Shown piece by piece: positions 41,853-51,012 of a stretch of 64,000 nucleotides of DNA (its first letter is position 1; every line of letters starts with the position of its first letter). The DNA is from Acidobacteriota bacterium. Lineage in GTDB: Bacteria > Acidobacteriota > UBA6911 > RPQK01 > JAJDTT01. The DNA is taken from positions 352,001-416,000 of the forward strand of contig CBDCJH010000002.1 of NCBI GenBank assembly GCA_965217775.1, read 5' to 3'. A program made the position numbers and the translations under genes. Below the pieces are notes generated by a model that worked only from the letters and a program-made list of their open reading frames with translations, did no database searches and had not been told where the DNA came from.

Positions 41853-42974
41853 ATGTCGGGTTTGCGAGTATCCGTCTGGTGGTTGGCTTTGGGGCTTCAG
41901 GTGGCAACCGTCGCCGGGCGGGACGCGGGGGAGTGGCCGCAGTTCCGGGGGGACCCCTCCCTGACCGGGGTTTCCGGCGCCCGGTTGCCGTCGTCTCCGA
42001 AACTCGCTTGGACTCATGACGCGGGCGATCCCATCGAGTCTTCGGCCGCCGTCGGCGGAGGGCGCGTCTTCGTCGGTTCGGCCGGAGGCGAGCTGCAGGC
42101 CGTCGACCTGGAATCAGGCGCGCTTGTCTGGAGGTACGAGGCGGAGGACGCCATCGGAGAGTCCTCGCCTGCGGTTTCCGGCGGCGGTGTTTACGTTGCC
42201 GATCTGGCGGGAGTTCTCCACGCCGTGTCCGAGGCCGACGGATCGAAGCGCTGGACCTTTCAGACCGACGGTGAAGTGAAGTCTTCGCCTGTCGTGGTGG
42301 AGGACTCGGTCCTGGTGGGTTCCTACGACGGGTACCTCTATTGCCTCTCCGCCGCTGGGGGAGACGTTCGCTGGAAGCAGGAGACGGACGGACCGGTCCA
42401 CTGTACTCCTGGAGTTCTCGGTGGGATCGCCTATGTTTCAGGGTGTGACGGCATGTTGCGCGGGATCCGGGTCTCCGACGGAGAGCAGGTGGTCACGGTG
42501 GATGTGGGCGCCTACACCGGGGCCTCCCCGTCCCTGGAAGGGGACCGGGCCGTCTTCGGCACCTTCGACAACCAGGTGCTGGCCGTGGGGCTGAAGTCCG
42601 GCGCCGTTCTCTGGCGCTACCAGCCCGCGGAACGCGCTTCTCCGTTCTACTCGTCCGCGGCCCAGATCGGAGGAAGAGTCGTGTTGGGGGGGCGGGACAA
42701 ATTGGTCCATTGCCTGGATGCGTCCACGGGAAAGGCGTTGTGGACCCATGCCACTCGGGCTCGAGTCGATTCCTCTCCGGCCATTGCCGATGGACGGGTC
42801 TGGGTCGGCTCCTATGACGGCCGGCTCTACTCGTTGGACCTCCAAACGGGAAAGCAGTTGTGGGAGTTTCGAACGGGCGGAAGGATTTCCGCTTCACCGG
42901 CGGTGGCCGCCGGCCGGATCATCGTCGGGTCCCAGGACGGGCTGCTCTACTGTTTCGGCGCCGGTCCGCGGTAA
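41853..42974 (+). CDS. Secreted PQQ-binding-like (BamB-like) beta-propeller protein
   Basis: Signal peptide, WPQFRGD, and repeated SSP...GS.DG.L..LD..G...W units. Confidence 0.88.
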   Translation: MSGLRVSVWWLALGLQVATVAGRDAGEWPQFRGDPSLTGVSGARLPSSPKLAWTHDAGDPIESSAAVGGGRVFVGSAGGELQAVDLESGALVWRYEAEDAIGESSPAVSGGGVYVADLAGVLHAVSEADGSKRWTFQTDGEVKSSPVVVEDSVLVGSYDGYLYCLSAAGGDVRWKQETDGPVHCTPGVLGGIAYVSGCDGMLRGIRVSDGEQVVTVDVGAYTGASPSLEGDRAVFGTFDNQVLAVGLKSGAVLWRYQPAERASPFYSSAAQIGGRVVLGGRDKLVHCLDASTGKALWTHATRARVDSSPAIADGRVWVGSYDGRLYSLDLQTGKQLWEFRTGGRISASPAVAAGRIIVGSQDGLLYCFGAGPR

Positions 42975-43010
42975 TTCCCGGCGCGAGGCCGGGAGCGATC
43001 CCCGGCTCCC

Positions 43011-44276
43011 TCACTTCATGATCCAGCGCCGGGACTTCATCTCGAAGCGGGGTAGAGTCCCCGGCGGCACCGGCGAGACGGGAATTCTCAGCGAGAAGGC
43101 GGCGTGAAGCTCCTGCTCCAGTTGACGCGCCCCCCCTTCGCCCAGGCTCGACTCGATCCGGATCTTCATTTCCCTGAGCACGCCCGAGTCGTGGACCTCG
43201 ACCCGGTACTCGGAGATTTCCGGCCGTCTCCGGATCACCTCCTCCACCGCGGCCGGGAAGAGGTTCACCCCCCGGATCACCACCATGTCGTCGACCCTCC
43301 CCAGAATGCCTCCTTCCAGCGCCAGCTCGGAGCGGCCGCAGGCGCAGGGGGTCCGCGGGGACGGCTTCACCAGGTCCCCGGTTCGATAACGGAGAACCGG
43401 GGACCCGGCCCGGTCCAGCGTGGTCAGGATCAACTCCCCCGTCTCCCCCGGCGTCGCGGGACGCGAAGTGGCCGGATCTACCACCTCGGCCAGATAGGCG
43501 TCTTCCAGGACGTGCAGGACGCCCCGTCGGGAAGGGCACTCGTAGCTGACGGGTCCCACCTCGGTCATGCCGTGATGGTCGCGAAGACGGGCCCCCCAGG
43601 TGGCTTCCAGTCGGGAGCGGGTGGCCTCGATGCAGCCCCCCGGCTCTCCGGCGGTCAGGAGGATGCGGACCGCGGACTGCTCCAGCGAGAGGCCGTTTTC
43701 CGCGGCGACCTCGGCCAGGTGCAGGGCGTAAGTGGGCGTGGCGCAGAGGACGTCCACGCGGTTGTCCAGGATGGCCCGAAGGCGCCCCAGGCTGCTCTGG
43801 CCGCCGCCCGGCAGGCACAGGGCTCCCAGGGACTGCGCCGAGTCGAAGGCGGTCCAGAAGCCCAGGAAGGGCCCGAACGAGAAGGCGAAGAAGATCCGGT
43901 CCCCGGGCCGCACCCCCGACCTCCGGTAGACGGTCTTCCAGCAGTCCAGCATCTTCTCCCAGCTCGCGGCGGTGTCCAGCCAGCGCAACGGTTCCCCCCG
44001 GCTCCCGCTGGTCTGGTTGAATCGCGTGTAGCGATACACCGGGAAGCTGAGGTTGCGGCCGAAGGGAGGATTCCGGATCTGGTCCTCCAGGAGTTCCCGT
44101 TTCCCGGTGAACGGAACACGGCGGCGAAACTCACGGAGGCTCAGAGGCCTCCCCGGCGGCGGCTCGGGACCCAGCTTCTCCCGGTAGAACGGGTTCGAGT
44201 CCAGGACCGTTTCCAGCAGATGCTGCAGTTTGACCTGCTGCCGCTTCCGGATTTCTTCCGGGCCGGGTGCATTCAT
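43011..44276 (-). CDS. Phenylacetate-CoA ligase (PaaK)-family adenylating enzyme
   Basis: NPFYR, TSGSRGEP, TPTYALHL, GEPG, GMTEVG, RYRTGD and GRVDDM motifs; ATG at 44276. Confidence 0.87.
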   Translation of the reverse strand: MNAPGPEEIRKRQQVKLQHLLETVLDSNPFYREKLGPEPPPGRPLSLREFRRRVPFTGKRELLEDQIRNPPFGRNLSFPVYRYTRFNQTSGSRGEPLRWLDTAASWEKMLDCWKTVYRRSGVRPGDRIFFAFSFGPFLGFWTAFDSAQSLGALCLPGGGQSSLGRLRAILDNRVDVLCATPTYALHLAEVAAENGLSLEQSAVRILLTAGEPGGCIEATRSRLEATWGARLRDHHGMTEVGPVSYECPSRRGVLHVLEDAYLAEVVDPATSRPATPGETGELILTTLDRAGSPVLRYRTGDLVKPSPRTPCACGRSELALEGGILGRVDDMVVIRGVNLFPAAVEEVIRRRPEISEYRVEVHDSGVLREMKIRIESSLGEGGARQLEQELHAAFSLRIPVSPVPPGTLPRFEMKSRRWIMK

Positions 44277-44280
44277 GGAA

Positions 44281-44733
44281 CTAACGTCTCGCCAAGAGGT
44301 GGGAGGGAGCGGCTTCGATCCGGGAGGAGATCTCCGGGGGAATGGGGATGGAGGACATCCGGCCCGTCTCCTCGGAGACTCGGACGCAGACGACCTTGAG
44401 AGCGCCGGCCGCCACCACCTGGAGACCGTCCTGCGACTGTTTCCGAAAGGTGAAATCCAGGAGCAGGGATTTTTCCTCCTTGGCCCGCACCAGGAGGTGG
44501 ATTTCCACCACGTCCTCGAAGCGGAGGGGTTTCCGGTAGTCGCAGCGAGCGCTGAGCCGGGGCCAGCCCAGGGTCCCCCGGGGCCCGCTGAAGTGCCCCG
44601 CGAATCCCAGCGAGCGGTAGAAATCGTGCTCCGTCTCCTCCATGAAACGGAAGAAGTTGGCGAAGTGGACGATGCCGGCCATGTCCGTGTCCGCAAACTG
44701 AATCCGGCGGCTGGCCTTGAATTCGTATGCCAC
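44281..44733 (-). CDS. Hot-dog fold acyl-CoA thioesterase (4HBT/YbgC family)
   Basis: FADTDMAGIVHFANFFRFMEETE motif. Confidence 0.88.
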   Translation of the reverse strand: MAYEFKASRRIQFADTDMAGIVHFANFFRFMEETEHDFYRSLGFAGHFSGPRGTLGWPRLSARCDYRKPLRFEDVVEIHLLVRAKEEKSLLLDFTFRKQSQDGLQVVAAGALKVVCVRVSEETGRMSSIPIPPEISSRIEAAPSHLLARR

Positions 44734-44742
44734 TGGGCTCGA

Positions 44743-46056
44743 CTACCCGATCGCTGGTTCGGTTGCGGTTGCGGCCCGTCGGGTGGGCGGACGAAAGCCC
44801 TCCCCGGCCAGCGGATGACCATGTTTGAGGGGCGGCGGCAGCTCCACCAGCTCTTCGATGGCGCCGAAGAGATCGGCAAAATCCCGGAAGAGGTGGCCGA
44901 TGAGGCAGTCGGTGAGGTCGCCTCTCAGGTCCGCATGGCGGTTCAGGAGCCGCCTGAAGCTGAACTCCTGATCGTAGAAGGCGTAGACGAGGCGCCGCAT
45001 GGCCTCGATACCCCGGGTCAGTTCGCGCCCATACCGGTTGAAACGAGACGCCCCGACGTCCCCCGCCTTGAGAGCGTCGTCGATGGCGTCGGCGGCCATC
45101 TCGCCGCTCTTGAGCGCCAGGAACACGCCGGAGGAGAAGATGGGGTCCAGGAAGGCGAAGGCGTCTCCCACCAGCACCAGGCCCGAGGCGGCGCAGTAGC
45201 GCGAACGGTACGAGTAGTCCCCCGTCAACTTCACCGCACCCTCTTGGCGTCCCGGCGCCACGTGCTCCCGGATCCACGGATTGCATTGGATCTCCCGGTC
45301 GAACACGACCTGGAGGTCCCGGGACTCACGGAACAGGTAGCTCTTGTGGGCCACCACGCCGACGCTGACCTGGTCTTCCGGGAGCGGGATGTACCAGAAC
45401 CACCCCTTCTCCGGCAGGTAGGCGATGGTGGTGGCTCCTTCGTCCAGACCCGGGTCCCGGAGAGCTCCACGATAGTAGGTCCAGAGCGCCGCCCGGTTCA
45501 GGGCCCGGTCCCGAATCCTCCAACGATTGGAGGCGGCGGACAAGGCGGCTCGGCCCGTGGCGTCGACGGTCATGGGTGCCCGTACCCGGAACCTCTCTCC
45601 GGCACGGGTGACGGCCTCCACGCCCCGCACCGAACCCGCTTCCCGGATCAGACGGGTGACCGAAACCTCTTCCCGGACCGTTGCCCCTTGGGCCCGGGCA
45701 TTGTCCAGCAGGAGTTGATCGAACTCGCTGCGCAGGACCTGCCAGGTGGTGGAGGCTTCATGGTCCAGGTGCTGAAAAAAGTAGAAGGGTTGGGAAACCC
45801 GTCCCCCGGTGGAGACGAACTGAACGCTGTGTTTGAGGGGAAAGGCGGACGCCTTGAGCTGCTCGATCAGCCCCAGCCGCTCCAGGGTGAAGTAGCAATA
45901 GGGCATCAGCGATTCCCCCACCGAGTAGCGGGGAAACCGCTCTTTCTCCAGGACCAGCACCTTCCAGCCGGCCTGGGCCAGCAAGGCGGCGGTGGTGGCT
46001 CCGGCGGGTCCTCCCCCGGCCACCACCACGTCGTAATCTCGGACTGTCTCCGTCAT
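44743..46056 (-). CDS. Flavin-dependent halogenase-like oxidoreductase
   Basis: GGGPAG, RYSVGESL, FPLK (putative catalytic Lys), WFWYIP (WxWxIP) and GDAFAFLDPIFSSG motifs. Confidence 0.8.
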   Translation of the reverse strand: MTETVRDYDVVVAGGGPAGATTAALLAQAGWKVLVLEKERFPRYSVGESLMPYCYFTLERLGLIEQLKASAFPLKHSVQFVSTGGRVSQPFYFFQHLDHEASTTWQVLRSEFDQLLLDNARAQGATVREEVSVTRLIREAGSVRGVEAVTRAGERFRVRAPMTVDATGRAALSAASNRWRIRDRALNRAALWTYYRGALRDPGLDEGATTIAYLPEKGWFWYIPLPEDQVSVGVVAHKSYLFRESRDLQVVFDREIQCNPWIREHVAPGRQEGAVKLTGDYSYRSRYCAASGLVLVGDAFAFLDPIFSSGVFLALKSGEMAADAIDDALKAGDVGASRFNRYGRELTRGIEAMRRLVYAFYDQEFSFRRLLNRHADLRGDLTDCLIGHLFRDFADLFGAIEELVELPPPLKHGHPLAGEGFRPPTRRAATATEPAIG

Positions 46057-47367
46057 TTAGGTGTATCGCGAATCCTGATGCTCCCGCAGGAAGAAGAGGG
46101 GCAGCAGCCGGTCCACCTGCAGAAGGCCCTCCCGGCTGAGTTCCAATCCTTCGGGGGAGGCCGTCATGAAACCCTCCTCGACCAGTTCGCCGATGGGACC
46201 CGCGAATCTCTCGAGAATGTCCACTTGGAACTTGTTCCGGAAGTATCCGGTCCGGACCCGGCCCAGCTTCAATTGCAGGATCAGCTCTCGAATCAGGCGC
46301 TCCTCTCCGGTCGGCGTCAGGGCGCGATGGAGGGGAAGCTCTCCTTGGCCGAGTCGTTGCAGGTAGGGCCCCATGTCGTGCTCGTTCTGGAAATGGGTGC
46401 CCCCGACGTGGGAAAAGGAGGCCACTCCCAGAGCCACCATGTCGGCTCCCGACCAGAGCTGGTCCCGGTAGAGGAATCGGCTCCGGTCAGGCGATCGGAC
46501 GGCCGTGTAGGCGCTGGCCACATGGTAGCCGTTCCGTTCCAATTCCTGGAAAGCCAAATTCACCCACCGGCGCTTGGTAGGCCAGTCGGCCACGGGGGCC
46601 CTTGTCCGGTCCTGCTCGCGCATTCGACGGTAGATCGTGGTGTTGAAGGGGATCTCCATCTGGTAGACGGTGATGCTGTCGGGTTGAAGTTGGAGGGTGT
46701 TCTCCACGCACCGGCGCCAGTTCTCCTCCGTCTCGTCCACCATCCCGGCGATGAGATCGATGTTGACCTGGGGGAAGTCCAGACGGCTGGCCCGTTCGTA
46801 GACGTCCCAGATTTCGCGGGAGCGGTGCGCCCGGCCGTTGATCTCCAGGACGTGGTCGTCGAAGTTCTCCACCCCCAGGCTGAGCCGGGTGACGCCGAGT
46901 TCGCGCAGAAGCTCCAGTTTCCCCGGGGTCAGCGTGCCCGGCTCGCATTCGAAGGTGATCTCGCGGGCGTGGTCCCAGGAAAAATGCTGCTTCAACTCCC
47001 CGACCAGGCCGGAGAGTTGCCGGGTGGAGAGGTAGGACGGAGTTCCGCCTCCGAAGTAGATGAAGTCCAGTTGCCGGCCGTCGACGAAGGGGCGGCGGGA
47101 GTAGATCTCCAGCTCCCGGACCAACGCGTCCAGATAGCCCAGGATCTCCCGCGAGCCCTTGCCCGTGTAGACCTTGAAGTAACAGAAATGGCAGCGCTTG
47201 CGGCAGAAGGGGATGTGGAGGTAGAGGCCCAGCGGCGTCTCCGGGTCGCTGGGGCGCTCCAGGGCCGCCAGGGCATCCTGCACGCCCTCCGGCTTCCAGA
47301 AGGAGAAGGGGGGGTAGTTGGCGATGAAGTAGTTGCTGGCGACGGTCTCCTTGTCGGACTGCATCAT
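46057..47367 (-). CDS. HemN-like (class C) radical SAM enzyme
   Basis: YLHIPFCRKRCHFC, YFGGGTPS, RLSLGV and NIDLIAG motifs. Confidence 0.85.
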   Translation of the reverse strand: MMQSDKETVASNYFIANYPPFSFWKPEGVQDALAALERPSDPETPLGLYLHIPFCRKRCHFCYFKVYTGKGSREILGYLDALVRELEIYSRRPFVDGRQLDFIYFGGGTPSYLSTRQLSGLVGELKQHFSWDHAREITFECEPGTLTPGKLELLRELGVTRLSLGVENFDDHVLEINGRAHRSREIWDVYERASRLDFPQVNIDLIAGMVDETEENWRRCVENTLQLQPDSITVYQMEIPFNTTIYRRMREQDRTRAPVADWPTKRRWVNLAFQELERNGYHVASAYTAVRSPDRSRFLYRDQLWSGADMVALGVASFSHVGGTHFQNEHDMGPYLQRLGQGELPLHRALTPTGEERLIRELILQLKLGRVRTGYFRNKFQVDILERFAGPIGELVEEGFMTASPEGLELSREGLLQVDRLLPLFFLREHQDSRYT

Positions 47368-47484
47368 TAAAAACCGGCCGCGGTGGGACCGGATCGCCGG
47401 CCGCCGCGCGGGGTCATTCTATCAGACGGAATGCCGACGCCCCTCTCGACGCCGGGGGCCTTCTTCTCGCACCTGCAAAAACAC

Positions 47485-47650
47485 GTAGGGCGCCCCTTGT
47501 GGGTGCCCTCTTACGTCCCAACCTCGGTGGTCGGCGGGGAAGGGCGACCACACACAAGGGTCGCCCCTACGAACGAAAAGGCAGCGGGGTCACCGGGGGA
47601 TCACAAATTCCAGCCGTGCGGTCGCCCCTACGAAGGAAAAGGTAGGGGTC
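47485..47650. repeat. GTAG-family REP cluster
   Basis: GTAGGGCGCCCCTTGTGGGTGCCC (47485-508), inverted GGGCGACCACACACAAGGGTCGCCCCTAC (47542-570), partial GGTCGCCCCTACG (47620-632) and GTAGGGG (47642). Confidence 0.8.
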
Positions 47651-50600
47651 TACTCCGACCGGAGGGACTCGATGATGGGAGTGCGCGCGGCGGCGACGAC
47701 GGCGGCCAGCGAAGCCAGCAGGCCCACCAGAAGAACCAGACCGGCGAGAGCTCCGGTGGGCGCCAGGGAGGGGCCGAGGTCCCGGGCGAGGAGAACCGGG
47801 GCCACCGCAACCAGGGCCGACGAGACCCCCGTCACCAGGGCGAATCCCACCAGCAGCAGGTTCTCGGCCAGCACCATGGTTCCCAGGTGGCCCGGCCCGT
47901 AGCCGACGGCCCGCATCAAGGCCAGCTCTCTCCGGCGCTCCAGCACGTTGCGAAGCAGGATCACCGCGGTGCCCAGCGTTCCCAGCAGCAGGCCCAATGC
48001 GCCCAGGCTCTGGAAGGTGGACAGGTACGTATTCTCGACGCGGTGGAAGCTGGCCAGACGGTCCGCGGTGGAAGTGGAGTCGAACCCGTAGTCGGAGAGA
48101 CTCCGTTCCAGGCTCTGAACCCAATTCCCGTCCTCCCGGTCGGGGGTCTCGATCAGGAAGTAGCGGTAACCCTGCTGTTTCGGGAACAGCTTCAGGAAAT
48201 TCCGCTCGGAGATCACGATCTCGCCTTGCAGCACGCTGTCGGACAGGGCTGCAACCAGTTTCAACCGGACCGGCTCCCCTTCCGCCCGCTCCAGAATGAT
48301 CTCCTCCCCCAAGCCCGTGTGCAGCGAATACGCCATGGAGGTGGCGTCGGCGATGGCGGGAACCGCCGAGTCTTCGGAGTCCGCCTCCAGCAGGCGCCAC
48401 GGATTGCCCTGATCTTCGGAAGCCAGCGAGGAACTGAAGCTGAAGCGCCCCAGGTCCAGAAACGCGGACGGAGCGCCCAGGATTCTCGGGTTGGCCGGAC
48501 GATAGAGGTTTCGGCAACTGGCGTCGTCCCCCGGACGGAGCCGGAACGACCAGAAGCGGAGCTTTTCGGGGGAGGGCAGACGGTCCAGATTCAGGTCCCG
48601 CCTGCTCTCCGGGTCGTCGGGATCCTGGAAGAAGGGAATCGAAGACTCGGCCGCCAGGGAGAACCCGCCGGTTCCCGACCCGGGCGCCAGAGAGGGGGTC
48701 CCCTCTCGGCGAAAGACTCCCACCGTCACGATGATGAATGTGGCCAGCGCGATGAGGCCGATGGAGAGGAGGGATCGAGCCGGCCGGTAACTCAGGTTCC
48801 GGAGTCCGATTCGGCACAGGGCCGGGATCCCCCGCCCGTGGAATCGCAGAGTCCGGCCCGAGGTGAGGAGCCACCATTGGAACGCCAGCAGGGAGACGAG
48901 CAGCAGGGCTCCGGAGCCGAAGAATCCGGCCGTCTGTCCGATCCAGCCCAGGGTCGCCGCCAGCAGGAAGATCAGTCCGGCCGCTCCCAGCGCCAGAGCC
49001 GCCAGCAGGGACCGGCGGCCGGAGCCGGTGGCCAACGGTTCCTTCTCGCCCGCCAGCAGGAGCCGGGGAGGCGCCTTGCGGAGTCTTCGAAGAGTCAACA
49101 GGATGCAGAGGAAGGCGGCCGTCACCCCGGCGGCGGCTCCCAGAAGGAGGGTTCCCGGTTCCACCTGCAGGGTCAGCCGCGTGGTTCCCACCGCCGAGAT
49201 CCAGCGGGTTCGCAGGCCCCACATCATCAGCCAGCCGTAGGCAGCGGCTCCCGCCAGCCCCACCAGGCTCCCGGCGATGGCCAGAACCAGACCTTCGGCC
49301 GCGAAGATCCGCCGGATCAGAGGCTCCGAAATCCCCAGGGCCTTGAACAGACCGACCTGGCGGAGCCGTTGCTCCAGCCCCAGCTTGAAGAACAGGACGG
49401 TCAGGAGCAGGGCGGAGACGACCAGGAAGAAGCTGAAGTAGAGGAAGTACTCGCCGAAGTCGGTGCTCCCGCGGGAGGCCTCGATGCCGGTCTCTCTCAC
49501 CCGGTGCAGGGCGAACCCCATGTCCTCGGGGGTGAGGTTCGCCAGCAGGCTCTCCCGAAAGCGGTCCAGAGCCTCGTCCAGGGTGAGATCCTCCGGTTTT
49601 TCGAAGCGTAGCGAGGTGACGTCGCCGAACCGGGACCCCCACAGTTCCTGGGCGGTTTCAAGCGGGAGGAAGGCCTTGGGAGTGGTGCGGTAGCGTTCCC
49701 AGTAGTCTTCGTCCTGATGCCGGATGCGGGAGAGGTCGACGGGAAAGGGCGGGTCCCAATGGGAGATGGACTCGGTCTGGCTGATGCCCTCGAACTCGGG
49801 AATCAGGTCCCTGTCGGCTGCCGCACCGGAGAGGGGAATGACTCCGGCCACTCGGAAGTCCGCCGTTTGCGTCGAGAGTCCGTGGCGGTAGTCCCATAGA
49901 AAGTACTCCAGTTTCACCGGTGTCCCCGGTCCGATCTCCAGGTCCCGGGCGGTCCAGTCGTTGATCCAGAGCGGCGCCGGAGACCCCTCTCCTTGGAAAG
50001 CGGCAGCCGCCTCTCCCGAGAGTCGGGCCAGATGGTCCGATTCCAGCCCCGTGACCAGCGAATAGGGGACGTTCTTTTCGCCCTGGGCGATGGAATTGAC
50101 GACGTAGCTGAAGATGGACTGGGACTCCAGCTGCAGGGCGTCGCCCGCCCGCCGGGCCGCGGCCACCACGGGCTTGTCCAGCAGGCCTCCTTCATGCTCC
50201 AGGGAGAGACAGGAACAATGGTCCAGGGCCCGGATCCTGAGTCCGGCATCTTCCGGTGTGACAGTGTCCCGAAGCAGATCCCGGAGCCGGTTCCCATCAT
50301 CCTCGGACCGGTTCCGGCTTGCGGACAGGAGCAACGCGTTGACCCGCCCCTCCTGGTCCAGGGCCCGCTGAATCTCAGCCAGGGGCAAAAACAGGGTCCG
50401 AACCGCGGCGCCTCGTTGCAGGATCGAGAACTCTCCGAGGTTTTCCGGCTGCAGGACGCGGCTGCCCCGGACCCGCAGTGTGGTCCCCGAGGAGTCCCTC
50501 CGGCCATGAAGAGTCTCAGCCGGAGTCGCAGCCTGCTGCTGTAAAGTCACCAGCAGGCTGTCGCCCTCGTTCCAATCCAGCTCCCGGGCCAATTCCGGAC

Positions 50601-51012
50601 TGAGCAGAGCGCTGCGGCGGTCCAGGGGCTCGGGCGGCCGCCCGTGGAAAGCCCAGAAACGGGGGTCCACTCCGTAGATCTGGACGCGGGACGCCAATCG
50701 TTGGGTGCCGGCGTGAACCACCGCACCTTCCGCCACCATGATGGGACAGGCGCCGCCGAAAGCCTGGGAGAAGCCGGGATGGGACTGGACTCTTCGGACC
50801 AGATCTTCGGGGAAGGGCATGGAGGCGGTGACGACGGTGTGGGTACTGCCCAAGCGCTCCAGCACCAGTGCCCTGAGGCTGGAGCGGACCGAATCTCCCA
50901 CCAGGAGGGCGCCGGCCAGGGTGGCGACGCTCACGGCCACGCCGCCCACGATGGCCAGCTGGGTGGGCCAGTAGTGGACCAGGCTTCGTACGACGATCCG
51001 GCGGAGTCTCAT
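47650..51012 (-). CDS. Large FtsX/MacB-type ABC permease (duplicated permease modules)
   Basis: Two FtsX-like TM blocks (EQRLRQVGLFKALG; ERRRELALMRAVG) with large extracytoplasmic domains. Confidence 0.85.
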   Translation of the reverse strand: MRLRRIVVRSLVHYWPTQLAIVGGVAVSVATLAGALLVGDSVRSSLRALVLERLGSTHTVVTASMPFPEDLVRRVQSHPGFSQAFGGACPIMVAEGAVVHAGTQRLASRVQIYGVDPRFWAFHGRPPEPLDRRSALLSPELARELDWNEGDSLLVTLQQQAATPAETLHGRRDSSGTTLRVRGSRVLQPENLGEFSILQRGAAVRTLFLPLAEIQRALDQEGRVNALLLSASRNRSEDDGNRLRDLLRDTVTPEDAGLRIRALDHCSCLSLEHEGGLLDKPVVAAARRAGDALQLESQSIFSYVVNSIAQGEKNVPYSLVTGLESDHLARLSGEAAAAFQGEGSPAPLWINDWTARDLEIGPGTPVKLEYFLWDYRHGLSTQTADFRVAGVIPLSGAAADRDLIPEFEGISQTESISHWDPPFPVDLSRIRHQDEDYWERYRTTPKAFLPLETAQELWGSRFGDVTSLRFEKPEDLTLDEALDRFRESLLANLTPEDMGFALHRVRETGIEASRGSTDFGEYFLYFSFFLVVSALLLTVLFFKLGLEQRLRQVGLFKALGISEPLIRRIFAAEGLVLAIAGSLVGLAGAAAYGWLMMWGLRTRWISAVGTTRLTLQVEPGTLLLGAAAGVTAAFLCILLTLRRLRKAPPRLLLAGEKEPLATGSGRRSLLAALALGAAGLIFLLAATLGWIGQTAGFFGSGALLLVSLLAFQWWLLTSGRTLRFHGRGIPALCRIGLRNLSYRPARSLLSIGLIALATFIIVTVGVFRREGTPSLAPGSGTGGFSLAAESSIPFFQDPDDPESRRDLNLDRLPSPEKLRFWSFRLRPGDDASCRNLYRPANPRILGAPSAFLDLGRFSFSSSLASEDQGNPWRLLEADSEDSAVPAIADATSMAYSLHTGLGEEIILERAEGEPVRLKLVAALSDSVLQGEIVISERNFLKLFPKQQGYRYFLIETPDREDGNWVQSLERSLSDYGFDSTSTADRLASFHRVENTYLSTFQSLGALGLLLGTLGTAVILLRNVLERRRELALMRAVGYGPGHLGTMVLAENLLLVGFALVTGVSSALVAVAPVLLARDLGPSLAPTGALAGLVLLVGLLASLAAVVAAARTPIIESLRSE

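Noticed and set aside
46057-47367. Canonical heme-biosynthetic HemN
   Set aside because: No hem genes nearby, and the gene is coupled to halogenase-like, thioesterase and ligase genes. Family membership does not establish this function, so no symbol was given.
44230-47370. 1046-aa plus-strand ORF, and similar long antisense ORFs such as 13300-16170, 28983-31235, 38512-40824 and 47383-49611
   Set aside because: Shadow frames opposite well-supported genes in GC-rich DNA; no recognisable motifs.
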